64,000 nt of DNA from an uncultured Chloroflexia bacterium (GTDB lineage Bacteria > Chloroflexota > Anaerolineae > JAAYZQ01). Made by a program: the position numbers and the translations under genes. The stretch is taken from NCBI GenBank assembly GCA_963700285.1, contig CAVOXA010000009.1:64001-128000 (forward strand), given 5' to 3'. The notes below the pieces were generated by a model. It saw only the letters and a program-made list of their open reading frames with translations. It did no database searches and had not been told where the DNA came from. Below are positions 20,678 through 29,960 of this stretch, piece after piece (position 1 is the first letter of the stretch; each line of letters begins with the position of its first letter).

Positions 20678-21085
20678 ATGCCTACCTTCAAAGACAGCGA
20701 CCAGCTCTACGCCGTCGCCAAGGACCTTCTGACCCGCGTGCAAGAGCAGGTCCCCAGCGCCTCGGACGGCATTGCCAAGTCGCACCTGGTCATCCGCCTG
20801 GCGACGACCGATCCCGGGAGCGAGTTTACCCTGAACGGGCGAAAGCGGCCGGTTCAGGTCACCTACGGCCCCAACCACCTGCGGCCGACGCTGGATCTCA
20901 AGTTAGAGGCCAACACGCTGCACAAGGTCCTGCTGGGCGAGTTGGGCCTGTCAAAGGCAGTGACCGGCGGGCAGGTGGAAACGCGTGGTCCCGTCCTAAA
21001 GCTCGTGGCTTTGGCCGATCTCTTTCGCGCGGGACAAAAAATCTATCCCCAGGTCCTGCGCGATCACGGCCTGCTACCCGAGTAA
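20678..21085 (+). CDS. SCP2 sterol/lipid-carrier domain protein
   Basis: 135 aa; LHKVLLGELGLSKAVTGGQVETRG resembles the SCP2 C-terminus; lipid operon context. Confidence 0.7.
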   Translation: MPTFKDSDQLYAVAKDLLTRVQEQVPSASDGIAKSHLVIRLATTDPGSEFTLNGRKRPVQVTYGPNHLRPTLDLKLEANTLHKVLLGELGLSKAVTGGQVETRGPVLKLVALADLFRAGQKIYPQVLRDHGLLPE

Positions 21086-21128
21086 TCGCGCCTGCCGGGT
21101 CCGTGACCCGGCAGTCCAACCGCCCAGC

Positions 21129-21292
21129 AGCACGACCCGTTCGGAGTAGGCGCTTCAGCGCCGTGAAACGAGGGATCAATCGGCCCGGTAGCACGACCCG
21201 TTCGTAGTAGGCGCTTCAGCGCCGTAAGACGAGGGATCAATCGGCCCGGCAGCACGACCCGTTCGTAGTAGGCGCTTCAGCGCCGTGAAACG
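21129..21292. repeat. Tandem 61-bp repeat (2.7 copies) with a GTAG-type REP hairpin
   Basis: Units start at 21129, 21190 and 21251; core GTAGTAGGCGCTTCAGCGCC. Confidence 0.9.
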
Positions 21293-21302
21293 CGAGACCA
21301 AG

Positions 21303-22928
21303 ATGCCCAAACACCCGCTCTCCAACATAGACACAGCCTGGCTGCGTATGGAAGACCCCACCAACCTGATGATGATCACGGGCGTCATCGTCCTGGGCGC
21401 GCCGCTGGACTATGCGCGTTTGAGGGCGACCCTGGAACGCGACCTGCTGCGCTTTGACCGCTTCCGGCAGCGGATCGTCCGCTCCTGGCTGCCTGGAGGC
21501 CGGTACCGGTGGGTCGACGACCCCGATTTCGACATCGGCTATCACCTCCGGCGAGCTTCTCTCCCGCCGCCGGGCGACCAGGCCGCGCTCCAGGAGACGG
21601 CCAGCCTGCTGGCCAGTACCCAATTGGAGATGACCAGGCCCCCGTGGCAGCTGCACCTGGTGGAGCGCTACGGGAATGGCAGCGCGGTCATCTGCCGCTT
21701 GCATCACAGCATCGCCGACGGGCTGGCGCTGGTCCATGTGCTGCTGTCGCTGACCGAGCCCAATCCCGATGCGCCCTGGCCCGTTCTGGAGCCCCGGCCG
21801 GCGGCTCCAGACCACCGCGGGCGGCCTTGGCGTCCGCTTCGAAGGACCTATGCGGCTGCCGGCCGGTTATCCGGCCGGCTGCTGGACGAGGGCCGCGAGC
21901 TGCGGGCCAGCCCTTCCCGGGCCCTTGCGCCGGTGCGGATGGGGGTTGGGGGCGCGACCGCCTTTGGCAGGCTGCTCCTGCGCTGGCCGGATCCAAAGAC
22001 GGCGTTCAAGGGCGCGTTGGGCATTCCCAAGCGAGCCGCCTGGTCGGCGCCGCTGGCGCTTCAGGACGTCAAAGCAGTGGGCAAGGAACTGGAGGGCACC
22101 GTCAACGACGTGCTGCTGACGGCTATGGCCGGGGGTCTGCGGCGTTACCTGCTGGGTCGGGGCGAGGCGGTGGATGGGCTCGATTTCCGGGCCATCGTAC
22201 CCGTCAACCTGCGTCGACCCGGGACCGAGGAGGAGCTGGGCAACAAGTTTGGCCTGGTCTTTCTGGCGCTGCCCATTGGCATCCAGGATCCCGCCGCCCG
22301 CCTGCACGAACTCAAGCGGCGCATGGATGAGCTCAAGGGCTCGCTGGAGCCGCCTGTCACCTATGGCATTTTGAACGTGATCGGGGGGGCTCCTGCCAGC
22401 CTCCAGGATCTGGTCGTGGACATCTTTGAGACCAAGGGCACGGCCGTGATGACCAACGTCATCGGGCCGAAAGAGCAGCTCTATCTGGCCGGCGCGCCCC
22501 TTGAAGCGTTGATGTTCTGGGTGCCGCAGTCGGGCCGCCTAGGCCTGGGCGTCAGCATCCTGAGCTACGCGGACCGGGTCTGGCTGGGCGTCATCTCCGA
22601 CGAGGGCCTGGTGCCCGATCCGGAGACCATTGTCGCCGAGTTTCACACAGAATTTGACGAGCTGATGGCCACGGCTCGTGGGGGGAAAAGGATGACGACG
22701 ATCAAAGAGATGATGGCGATGCTCGACGGCGCGCTGGCGACCGTGGATACCATGCTGGAGGAACAGGCATCCGAGGTGGCAGCGACGCCTGAACCAGCCG
22801 CCGAGGAGAAGGAAGCGGCAGCGAAGCGCTGCGGGGCGCTGACCAAGGCCGGAAATCAGTGCAAGAACTATGCCCTGCCTGGTTCCGAATACTGCCGCAT
22901 GCACCAGGAGACGGTGAGCGCGGGCTGA
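21303..22928 (+). CDS. Wax ester synthase/diacylglycerol acyltransferase (WS/DGAT) with C-terminal CCCH module
   Basis: LSNIDTAWLRME, RPPWQLHL, HHSIADG catalytic motif, TVNDVLL, VMTNVIGP; tail RCGALTKAGNQCKNYALPGSEYCRMH. Confidence 0.93.
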   Translation: MPKHPLSNIDTAWLRMEDPTNLMMITGVIVLGAPLDYARLRATLERDLLRFDRFRQRIVRSWLPGGRYRWVDDPDFDIGYHLRRASLPPPGDQAALQETASLLASTQLEMTRPPWQLHLVERYGNGSAVICRLHHSIADGLALVHVLLSLTEPNPDAPWPVLEPRPAAPDHRGRPWRPLRRTYAAAGRLSGRLLDEGRELRASPSRALAPVRMGVGGATAFGRLLLRWPDPKTAFKGALGIPKRAAWSAPLALQDVKAVGKELEGTVNDVLLTAMAGGLRRYLLGRGEAVDGLDFRAIVPVNLRRPGTEEELGNKFGLVFLALPIGIQDPAARLHELKRRMDELKGSLEPPVTYGILNVIGGAPASLQDLVVDIFETKGTAVMTNVIGPKEQLYLAGAPLEALMFWVPQSGRLGLGVSILSYADRVWLGVISDEGLVPDPETIVAEFHTEFDELMATARGGKRMTTIKEMMAMLDGALATVDTMLEEQASEVAATPEPAAEEKEAAAKRCGALTKAGNQCKNYALPGSEYCRMHQETVSAG

Positions 22929-23579
22929 TTCGTTTCTGGTGCACAATCCCTACCGGGCCCAGCCTCAGAGCCAGCATCGTCCCCCGGACGCCTGCTCGAG
23001 GTAGTTTGGGTTTGGGTATCTGCTCTATCGACAACCGATTGCTCAACCGTTGTGCGTCTTTATGAACCTGTCGCCTGGGAAGCGGGACTACCAGCCGCTC
23101 AAGTCCTTGGCATTCCCGACGTGACAGGTTTCTTTTGTGTCCCCGTTGATGCCCCTTCGTGCCCCTCACGATTGACAACGGACAACCCAAGGTAGCCCTC
23201 AATCCAGTGCTCCGTCAATCGTGATGCGGGCCTGTCATTATTATGGGTCAGGGCCGTCTAGAAGCGACGAAACTCTGGGTCTGGTCGGTGAGGGTTGTTC
23301 ACCAATCCGTAATGGTATTGAAACACTTTCGCAACCCTGGGAGGATATCCTGTGTCCAGGGAAGGGGGGTCCAATGAAGAGAGCTAGGTCATCACTAGAA
23401 GCGTAGACTTGCCTGGGGGTACTCGCATTCCAGCCAACCATTGACGAGCGAAGGTATCCTCAGGCTGCTAGCCCCGACGCGCTCGCAGGCCTTGTCAGGC
23501 TACGCTGAAGGGTGGAATCAGGTCGGTGGGATGCAGGAATCACAAGAAATATGCGGCAAAAACTAAACGGAGGTGGAAA

Positions 23580-24086
23580 ATGCTCAAAAGAAGCACAGTC
23601 CTGGTGGTGGTTTTGGCTCTCGGCTTGCTCGTTGTTTCCAGCGTATCTGCTGGGCGGCCGACGGCGAATGGCTGGTACGAGGGTGAGGAGATCTACTATA
23701 TCGACCAGGGGGTAGAAGAAGGCGTCACAGAGCGCGGCAAAAATGAAATCTACCTGATCGGCGGGAATCGGCTATACCAGGCGCAGGTCGTGAAGTTTGT
23801 ACCGGGTGAGTCTGGCTATTCGCCGCATTGGAACGTCAACGTCGTCCATACTGCCGGGGGCGTAACGCTCGCCGACATCGTGGCTTCACCCTATGTCTCT
23901 GGCAGCTATCCAGAGGCTCTCTTTGACGATGTCCAAGACATCCTGGACGCCCAGGCAGCGGGCCTCGTCACGATTGACAGGCCCGGCGTCGTCGTTCTTT
24001 GTCCGATCATCTCGGAGAAAGGCGCAAATGCGCGCGGCCACGTGCCACTTTCGGAAGACTTTCCAGATTTCCCTGATACCTTCTAG
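23580..24086 (+). CDS. Secreted hypothetical protein
   Basis: GGAGG RBS, signal peptide (MLKRSTVLVVVLALGLLVVSSVSA), GWYEG..YSPHWNV..VVLCP. Confidence 0.75.
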   Translation: MLKRSTVLVVVLALGLLVVSSVSAGRPTANGWYEGEEIYYIDQGVEEGVTERGKNEIYLIGGNRLYQAQVVKFVPGESGYSPHWNVNVVHTAGGVTLADIVASPYVSGSYPEALFDDVQDILDAQAAGLVTIDRPGVVVLCPIISEKGANARGHVPLSEDFPDFPDTF

Positions 24087-24170
24087 CACCGGCTGCCGCC
24101 GGACGAAGGGCAACAACTGACGGTACGAGAGAAAAAGATCTCAGAGATCTGCGAGCGCAATCCAGCACCA

Positions 24171-24204
24171 AAGCCTCAGCAGGGAGCACTCCCCGCTGAG
24201 GCTT
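24171..24204. terminator. Hairpin between convergent genes
   Basis: AAGCCTCAGC..GCTGAGGCTT stem. Confidence 0.5.
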
Positions 24205-24285
24205 GCTTCGTACTTGACCGCAGGTTGGCCTGCTTCGCCCCACTGTTCCTCGAAAGCTGCCGGTTGCGATTCAACCGGTGCCGCT

Positions 24286-25398
24286 TTACACCAGGAACAT
24301 CGCATCCCCAAAGGAGAAAAAGCGGTATCCCTCGTCGATGGCCGCCTGGTAGGCGGCCATGATCAGGCCCCGCCCGGCAAAGGCCGAGACCAGCATCAGC
24401 AGCGTGCTGCGGGGCAGGTGGAAATTCGTGATCATGGCCTCCACGACGCGGAAGGGGTAGCCCGGGTAGACGAACAGGTCGGTGGCCCCGCTGGTTGCCT
24501 GGACCGTCCGCCAGGCGCATACCCCTCCCTCGGGCGCGCAGCCGGTTGGGCCGGGGGCGGCCCCGCCTGTCGCGGCCGATTCCAGCGCCCGGACCGCCGT
24601 CGTGCCCACGGCCACCACGCGCCGACCCTCCAGACGGGCCTGGTTGACCTGGTTGGCCACGGGCGCGGTCAACTCGTACCACTCGGTGTGGATCTGGTGG
24701 TCCTCCACCCGCTCCTCCTTGACCGGGCGGAAGGTGTCCAGGCCAATGTGGAGCGTGACATAGGCCATCTCCACGCCCATCCGCCGCAGGTCCACCAACA
24801 GCTCGGGGGTGAAATGCAGTCCGGCCGTGGACGAAGCCACCGAGCCCTCTGTCCGGCCATAGACGGTCTGGTAGCGTTCCGAGTCGGCCAGCGGCTCGTG
24901 GATGTAGGGCGGCAGCGGCACCACGCCCAACTCGTCGAGTACGGCCTGGACCGGCTGCTCAAAATACACCAACCGTCCCCCGGATGCTGTCTTGGCCACG
25001 ATTTCCGCCGAAAAGCCTGACGATGAATGCCCGGCGCCTTGCCCCGGTTCCCCGGCATCGCCGGCCGCGTGCAGCTCGATGCGTGTCCCTGGTCTCAGCT
25101 TCTTGCCCCGGGCCAGGGCTTCCCAGGTGTGCTCGTCGCGTTGGGTCAGGAGGAGCAGCTCGACGGCGCCGCCAGTCCCGGCCTTGCGCCCAAAGAGCCT
25201 GGCCGGGATGACACGGGTCTGGTTGAGGACCAGCAGGTCGCCTGGCGCCAGGTACTCGCCGATGTCGCGAAAGACGCGGTGCTCGATCCGGCCCGTGCCG
25301 CGGTGGACGACCATCAGCCGTGAAGCGTCGCGGGGCTCGATGGGGGTCTGCGCGATGCGGTCTGGGGGCAGTTCGTAGAAAAAGTCGTCGGTCCTCAT
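24286..25398 (-). CDS. queA: S-adenosylmethionine:tRNA ribosyltransferase-isomerase
   Basis: MRTDDFFYELP..IAQTP, PLPPYI, ERYQTVY, TAGLHFT, TNFHLPRSTL, YRFFSFGDAM. Confidence 0.97.
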   Translation of the reverse strand: MRTDDFFYELPPDRIAQTPIEPRDASRLMVVHRGTGRIEHRVFRDIGEYLAPGDLLVLNQTRVIPARLFGRKAGTGGAVELLLLTQRDEHTWEALARGKKLRPGTRIELHAAGDAGEPGQGAGHSSSGFSAEIVAKTASGGRLVYFEQPVQAVLDELGVVPLPPYIHEPLADSERYQTVYGRTEGSVASSTAGLHFTPELLVDLRRMGVEMAYVTLHIGLDTFRPVKEERVEDHQIHTEWYELTAPVANQVNQARLEGRRVVAVGTTAVRALESAATGGAAPGPTGCAPEGGVCAWRTVQATSGATDLFVYPGYPFRVVEAMITNFHLPRSTLLMLVSAFAGRGLIMAAYQAAIDEGYRFFSFGDAMFLV

Positions 25399-25409
25399 GC
25401 CCAAGCCTC

Positions 25410-25643
25410 TCATCGGTTCAACAGGCGGATGACGACGTTCAGCACGATGGTCAGTAGGATGCTCAACAGGATCATCGTCGCCAGGGGCGCATAGCAGGAC
25501 ACGGCCCGTCCCTCGAAACGCAGATCGCCAGGCAGTTGGCCCAGCGGCAGACTGGTCTTGCCCAGCAGCCACAGGAGCCCGCCGGCCAGAACCAGGACCA
25601 GTCCCACGACGACGATGCCTTTACCCAGAGAGGATAGATCCAT
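25410..25643 (-). CDS. DUF2905-like small membrane protein
   Basis: Two TM helices with LGQLPGDL..YAPLATMILLS; typical neighbour of queA. Confidence 0.85.
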   Translation of the reverse strand: MDLSSLGKGIVVVGLVLVLAGGLLWLLGKTSLPLGQLPGDLRFEGRAVSCYAPLATMILLSILLTIVLNVVIRLLNR

Positions 25644-25669
25644 ATGCTCTCAATCACCCGTGATGGCCG

Positions 25670-25722
25670 AAGGTCTCCCGGCCGAGCCCCCCCGGCTGCG
25701 GTCGGGAGACCTTGCCGAACAG
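25670..25722. repeat. GGTCGGGAGACC-type REP hairpin
   Basis: AAGGTCTCCCGGCCG / CGGTCGGGAGACCTT followed by GCCGAACAG. Confidence 0.65.
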
Positions 25723-25739
25723 GAGAACAGCAAGAGACC

Positions 25740-27149
25740 CTACAATACAGATCCTTGCATCGACCACGGACCGGTGTGCGTGATGCGCACATGGGCCAAC
25801 CGTCCGGTCCAATCCACATCGTCAACGTCAAAAAACACCAGCTTGTTGGTCCGGGTCCGGCCCCGCCACTTGCCCTTGTGCCGTCCTTCGACCAGCACCT
25901 CCACAGTCTGGTCCAGCAGCCGGGCATTGATTTCGGCCACGATCCGCTTCTGAAGATCATCGATGGCCTTGCGGCGGCGCTTCTTCTCCGCGGATGGGAC
26001 GTCGTCGGGCAGCCGTTCAGCGGGCGTGCCCGGCCGGGGAGAGTAGGCGGCGACGTGGACCATGTCGAAGCATAGTTCCTCCAGCAGCCGGTAGGTTGCC
26101 TCGAACTGGGCCCCGGTCTCGCCCGGGAAACCGACGATGGCGTCCGTGGCCAGGCCCAGCCCCGGCACGCCCGTCGAGCCAGGCGCTGCGGCCTTGACGG
26201 ACAGGGTCCGGCGGATCTGGCCCACCAGAAACCGGTACTGCTCGACGGTGTAGCCCCGGCTCATGCGCCGCAGCACAGTATCGTCCCCCGACTGGAGGGG
26301 AAGCTCGATGTGCTCGCATACCTTGGGCAACCGGGCAACGGCCTCGATAAGGCGGTCGGTCATGTCCGCCGGGTGGGAGGTCAGGAAGCGGATGCGCTCC
26401 AGCCCCTCCACCCCGTGGATCGCCTCCAGCAGGTCGGCCAGGTCTGGGGGCCGGCTTGTCCCATCGCCCCCCTTCTGGCCGGGGGCAGGGTTCAGAGCGG
26501 GAAGAGCCAGGGCGGGCAGGTCGTGGCCGTAGGAATCCACGTTCTGCCCTAGCAGGGTAACCTCTTTGACACCTCGCAGAGCCAGGCCCTGTACCTCGGC
26601 CAAGATCTCGCCCACGGGACGGCTCACCTCAGGTCCTCGCCGCAGCCGGACGATACAGTAGGTGCACAGGTGGTCACAGCCCTGGCTGATGGGGACTCCC
26701 GCGGCGACCGGTAGGCTGGCATCCGGGATCTGCGGGTCGGGTTCTGCTACCTGGGACCCGGCGGCCGAACCCCGGCAGCCGGCGTCGGGCCGCGGGCTGG
26801 CTGCTACCTGTTCCCTGGCCAGCTCCAAAACCGCGGAGATGTCGGATGGCTTGATGAATGCATCCACAAAGGGGTAGCGGTCCTGTAGGGCCGCGATCTC
26901 ATGAACATAACAACCCATCAGCGCCAGGCGGAGTTCCGGCCGGCGCCGCTTGAGGCCCTGGAGAGAGGTGAGCCGGCCCACCACCTTGTCCTCGGCGCTC
27001 TGGCGGACGACGCAGGTGTTGAGCAGGATCAGGTCGGCGTCTTGGGGCTGGCTGGTTTCACTGTAGCCCAGCGCCTCCAGTTCTTCTGCAGCCTGGCGAG
27101 AGTCCGAAAAGTTCATCTGGCAGCCGATGGTCCACAGATGGTAGTACAT
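25740..27149 (-). CDS. miaB: tRNA methylthiotransferase MiaB
   Basis: TIGCQMN, NTCVVR, GCDHLCTYCIV (radical SAM), LLGQNVDSYG, C-terminal TRAM domain. Confidence 0.93.
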   Translation of the reverse strand: MYYHLWTIGCQMNFSDSRQAAEELEALGYSETSQPQDADLILLNTCVVRQSAEDKVVGRLTSLQGLKRRRPELRLALMGCYVHEIAALQDRYPFVDAFIKPSDISAVLELAREQVAASPRPDAGCRGSAAGSQVAEPDPQIPDASLPVAAGVPISQGCDHLCTYCIVRLRRGPEVSRPVGEILAEVQGLALRGVKEVTLLGQNVDSYGHDLPALALPALNPAPGQKGGDGTSRPPDLADLLEAIHGVEGLERIRFLTSHPADMTDRLIEAVARLPKVCEHIELPLQSGDDTVLRRMSRGYTVEQYRFLVGQIRRTLSVKAAAPGSTGVPGLGLATDAIVGFPGETGAQFEATYRLLEELCFDMVHVAAYSPRPGTPAERLPDDVPSAEKKRRRKAIDDLQKRIVAEINARLLDQTVEVLVEGRHKGKWRGRTRTNKLVFFDVDDVDWTGRLAHVRITHTGPWSMQGSVL

Positions 27150-27152
27150 GGT

Positions 27153-27710
27153 TCAGCCGTTCCCAGGCGCGTTGACGGCTTCTGCAAGAGACGGCAGTTT
27201 AGCATCTTTCGGAGACAGGATAGGCTCGGCGATGGGCCAATGGATCCCAATGTCGGGATCATTCCACACAATGCCCCGATCAAGCTCTGGCGCATAGTCC
27301 GCAGTCACCTTGTATAGGACACTGGCTTCCTCGCTGAGCACGCAAAAGCCGTGGGCAAAGCCGGCCGGTACGTAGAGCATTTGGAAGTTTTTGGCAGAGA
27401 GCACCAGGCCGACCCATTGGCCAAAGGTTGGAGAGTCCTTGCGGATGTCTACGGCCGCGTCGTAGATCTCGCCCTTCAGTGCCATGACTAGCTTGCCCTG
27501 AGCCTTGGGGGGCTGCTGGTAATGCAGCCCTCGAAGTACCCCTCGGTGCGAGTGGGAGTAGTTGTCCTGAACAAACGCCGGGGTGATGCCATTGGCCGCA
27601 AACTCGGAGGTCTTGTACAGTTCCACAAAGAAACCGCGGTTGTCCGGGTGCGCCTCCGGCTGGATGAGCACAACGTCTGGTATGTTCTGTCGCTGGAATC
27701 GAAAAGGCAT
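27153..27710 (-). CDS. rfbC: dTDP-4-dehydrorhamnose 3,5-epimerase
   Basis: DNRGFF, FVQDNYS, LRGLHYQ, GFAHGF, WNDPDIGIHWP. Confidence 0.96.
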   Translation of the reverse strand: MPFRFQRQNIPDVVLIQPEAHPDNRGFFVELYKTSEFAANGITPAFVQDNYSHSHRGVLRGLHYQQPPKAQGKLVMALKGEIYDAAVDIRKDSPTFGQWVGLVLSAKNFQMLYVPAGFAHGFCVLSEEASVLYKVTADYAPELDRGIVWNDPDIGIHWPIAEPILSPKDAKLPSLAEAVNAPGNG

Positions 27711-27761
27711 ATCTCCATCCTGATGGTTAGTGGCCGGGCCAAGGGCTGCAGCCGGCCAATC

Positions 27762-29144
27762 TTACAATCGCCGCAGGATCTCGCGGGCGGCGACCAGCCC
27801 CGAGGCGGATGCCTGTACCAGCCCGCGCGTCACGCCTGCCCCATCGCCCGCGGCAAAGAGATTGCGCACTTCTGTCTCCAGGTCAGGGGTCAGCTCGAGG
27901 CGTGACGAATAGAATTTGGCTTCCACGCCGTAGAGCAGCGTATGGCGCGAGGCGACGCCGGGCGCCACCTTGTCCAGGGCGTCGAGCATCTCCAGGAGGT
28001 TGACCACGTAGCGGTGTGGCAGTACAAGGTTCAGGTCGCCCGGGGTCGCCTCTTTCAACGTGGGCCGGGTGATGCACCTTTCCAGGCGCTGGTTGGTGGT
28101 GCGCCGGCCTGCGCGCAGATCTCCCAGACGCTGGACCATGATCCCGCCGGAGAGCAGGTTGGCCAGGCGGGCGATGTGCTTGCCGTAGGCAATGGGCTCC
28201 TTGAAAGGCTCGGTAAAGCTCTTGCTGACCAGCAGGGCAAAGTTGGTGTTCTCTGACCGCTGGTGGGCGTAGGAGTGGCCGTTCACCGTCATGACGTCGC
28301 CGGCCCACTCGGTGACGACCTCGCCATAGGGGCAGACGCAAAAGGTCCGTACCCGGTCGTCGAAGGAGCTCGAGAAATAGAGAAACTTGGGTTCGTAGAG
28401 CAGGTCGGTCAAGGGCTGCATGATATGGGCCGGCAGTTCAACGCGCACGCCAATGTCCACCGGGTTGATGCTCAGCCCGAGCTTGAGGTCGCGGGCGAGC
28501 TGCGTCAGCCAGTCGGCTCCCTCGCGCCCTGGGGCGACGATGACGTGGGGGGCGGTCAGCGTCTCTCCTCTGGCCGTCTCCACGCCGGAGACGGCTCCAT
28601 CTCTGGTCAGGATGTGGACCACATTGGTCCGGGTACGGACCTCAACTCCCCGGCCAACCAACTCCAGGTGCATGGCGCCCAGGATGTCCCCGCTCCGTTC
28701 AGTGCCAAGGTGCCGGATGGGGTAGTGCTGCAGTCGGAGTCCGGCCAGCGAGGCTTGGCGGGCCACTTTTTCGATCTGGTCCAGGTCGCCACTGTAGGGC
28801 TCGCCGTCGGCGCCAAAGTGAACCCACAGGGCGTCTACCTGCTCCACCAACTTCCTGGCCTCGTCCTCGCCTCGAATGTCGGCCAGCAGACCTCCAACTT
28901 GGGTCGTAAGGGTCAGTTTCCCGTCGCTAAAGGCGCCGGAGCCGCCCCAACCAGTCATCAGGGCACAGGTGGCGCACTGCATGCAGCGTCCCTTTTCGCG
29001 CGACGGACAGTGGCGCTGGTCCAGGGACGGTCCCTTGTCGAGCATTAGCACCCGGGCGCCCGGTGTCTGGGTCAGTTCCAGCGCGGCAAAGATCCCGGCT
29101 GGACCCGCCCCGACGATGATGACGTCATAATCTGGCTGGCTCAT
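27762..29144 (-). CDS. NAD(P)/FAD-dependent oxidoreductase
   Basis: DVIIVGAGPAG, GGSGAFSDGKL, LFAAGDGAG; Cys cluster near the N-terminus. Confidence 0.88.
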   Translation of the reverse strand: MSQPDYDVIIVGAGPAGIFAALELTQTPGARVLMLDKGPSLDQRHCPSREKGRCMQCATCALMTGWGGSGAFSDGKLTLTTQVGGLLADIRGEDEARKLVEQVDALWVHFGADGEPYSGDLDQIEKVARQASLAGLRLQHYPIRHLGTERSGDILGAMHLELVGRGVEVRTRTNVVHILTRDGAVSGVETARGETLTAPHVIVAPGREGADWLTQLARDLKLGLSINPVDIGVRVELPAHIMQPLTDLLYEPKFLYFSSSFDDRVRTFCVCPYGEVVTEWAGDVMTVNGHSYAHQRSENTNFALLVSKSFTEPFKEPIAYGKHIARLANLLSGGIMVQRLGDLRAGRRTTNQRLERCITRPTLKEATPGDLNLVLPHRYVVNLLEMLDALDKVAPGVASRHTLLYGVEAKFYSSRLELTPDLETEVRNLFAAGDGAGVTRGLVQASASGLVAAREILRRL

Positions 29145-29249
29145 GATTCATCCTCCATCGCCAACAACGCTTAGATGCGGTGACTGCCGCGGACTTGGGC
29201 TTCCGAAACCTGTCGCCCAACAACCGGAAGGGCGAGGAAAGGCGCCAGA

Positions 29250-29960
29250 TCAGGCTGCCCCATTCGAGACGATGACCACGGTTGGCATCCACCTGGTCAA
29301 GTCGGCCCCTATCCTGCCCGCTGGCAGCACCGATTTCTCTAGCAACTCCCGCGCTTCGGCGCGGGTATAGCCGGCTCGCAGCGACTCATAGTAACCGCCG
29401 TAGCCCCAATAGCTGCCAAGGGGCAGGCTCACAAAGGGTATGCTGCCGTAGGCAAAGAGGCGCTGGGCCAGGGTCGCCTCGCGGCAAAGGTCAGCAATAT
29501 AATAGCGGCCGCCCGGCGCCAGCACGCGGGCGATCTCGTCCAGAATGCGTACAGGATCGACCCAATGGTGCAGCGCAAATGCGCTGACGACAAGGTCGAA
29601 ACTCCCGCTGGCAAAGGGCAGGCAATGCCCATCGGCCTGGGGCCAGAGCCCCCGCCCGTCTAGCCTTGACCGGAGAGCCCGGTCTCTGGCCAGCTCGACC
29701 ATGCGGGCTGCCAGATCCAGGCCGACTATCCGCAGAGCCGGACTCTTCCGCGCTATGGCCAGAGCCACGCTGCCTGGACCGGTACCCAGGTCGAGGCAAG
29801 TGCCTTGCGAAACGCCCAGAGCGAGGGCGCCTGCGACAAAGCGGCGATGGGCGGAGCGCATCAAGGGCAGCCGGCTAAGAAGGCTGTAGAACCGGGTGAC
29901 AGCACCGGACTCGATGGCCGAGATCTCGGACACGCGGGCGGACAGGCTCAGGTACTTCAT
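29250..29960 (-). CDS. Class I SAM-dependent methyltransferase
   Basis: CLDLGTGPG, LPFASGSFDLVVS, LHHW, RVLAPGG. Confidence 0.9.
   Translation of the reverse strand: MKYLSLSARVSEISAIESGAVTRFYSLLSRLPLMRSAHRRFVAGALALGVSQGTCLDLGTGPGSVALAIARKSPALRIVGLDLAARMVELARDRALRSRLDGRGLWPQADGHCLPFASGSFDLVVSAFALHHWVDPVRILDEIARVLAPGGRYYIADLCREATLAQRLFAYGSIPFVSLPLGSYWGYGGYYESLRAGYTRAEARELLEKSVLPAGRIGADLTRWMPTVVIVSNGAA

Noticed and set aside
21129-21292. Possible CRISPR array
   Set aside because: The sequence between hairpins is the same in each unit, so there are no unique spacers, and no cas genes are nearby; it is a tandem REP repeat
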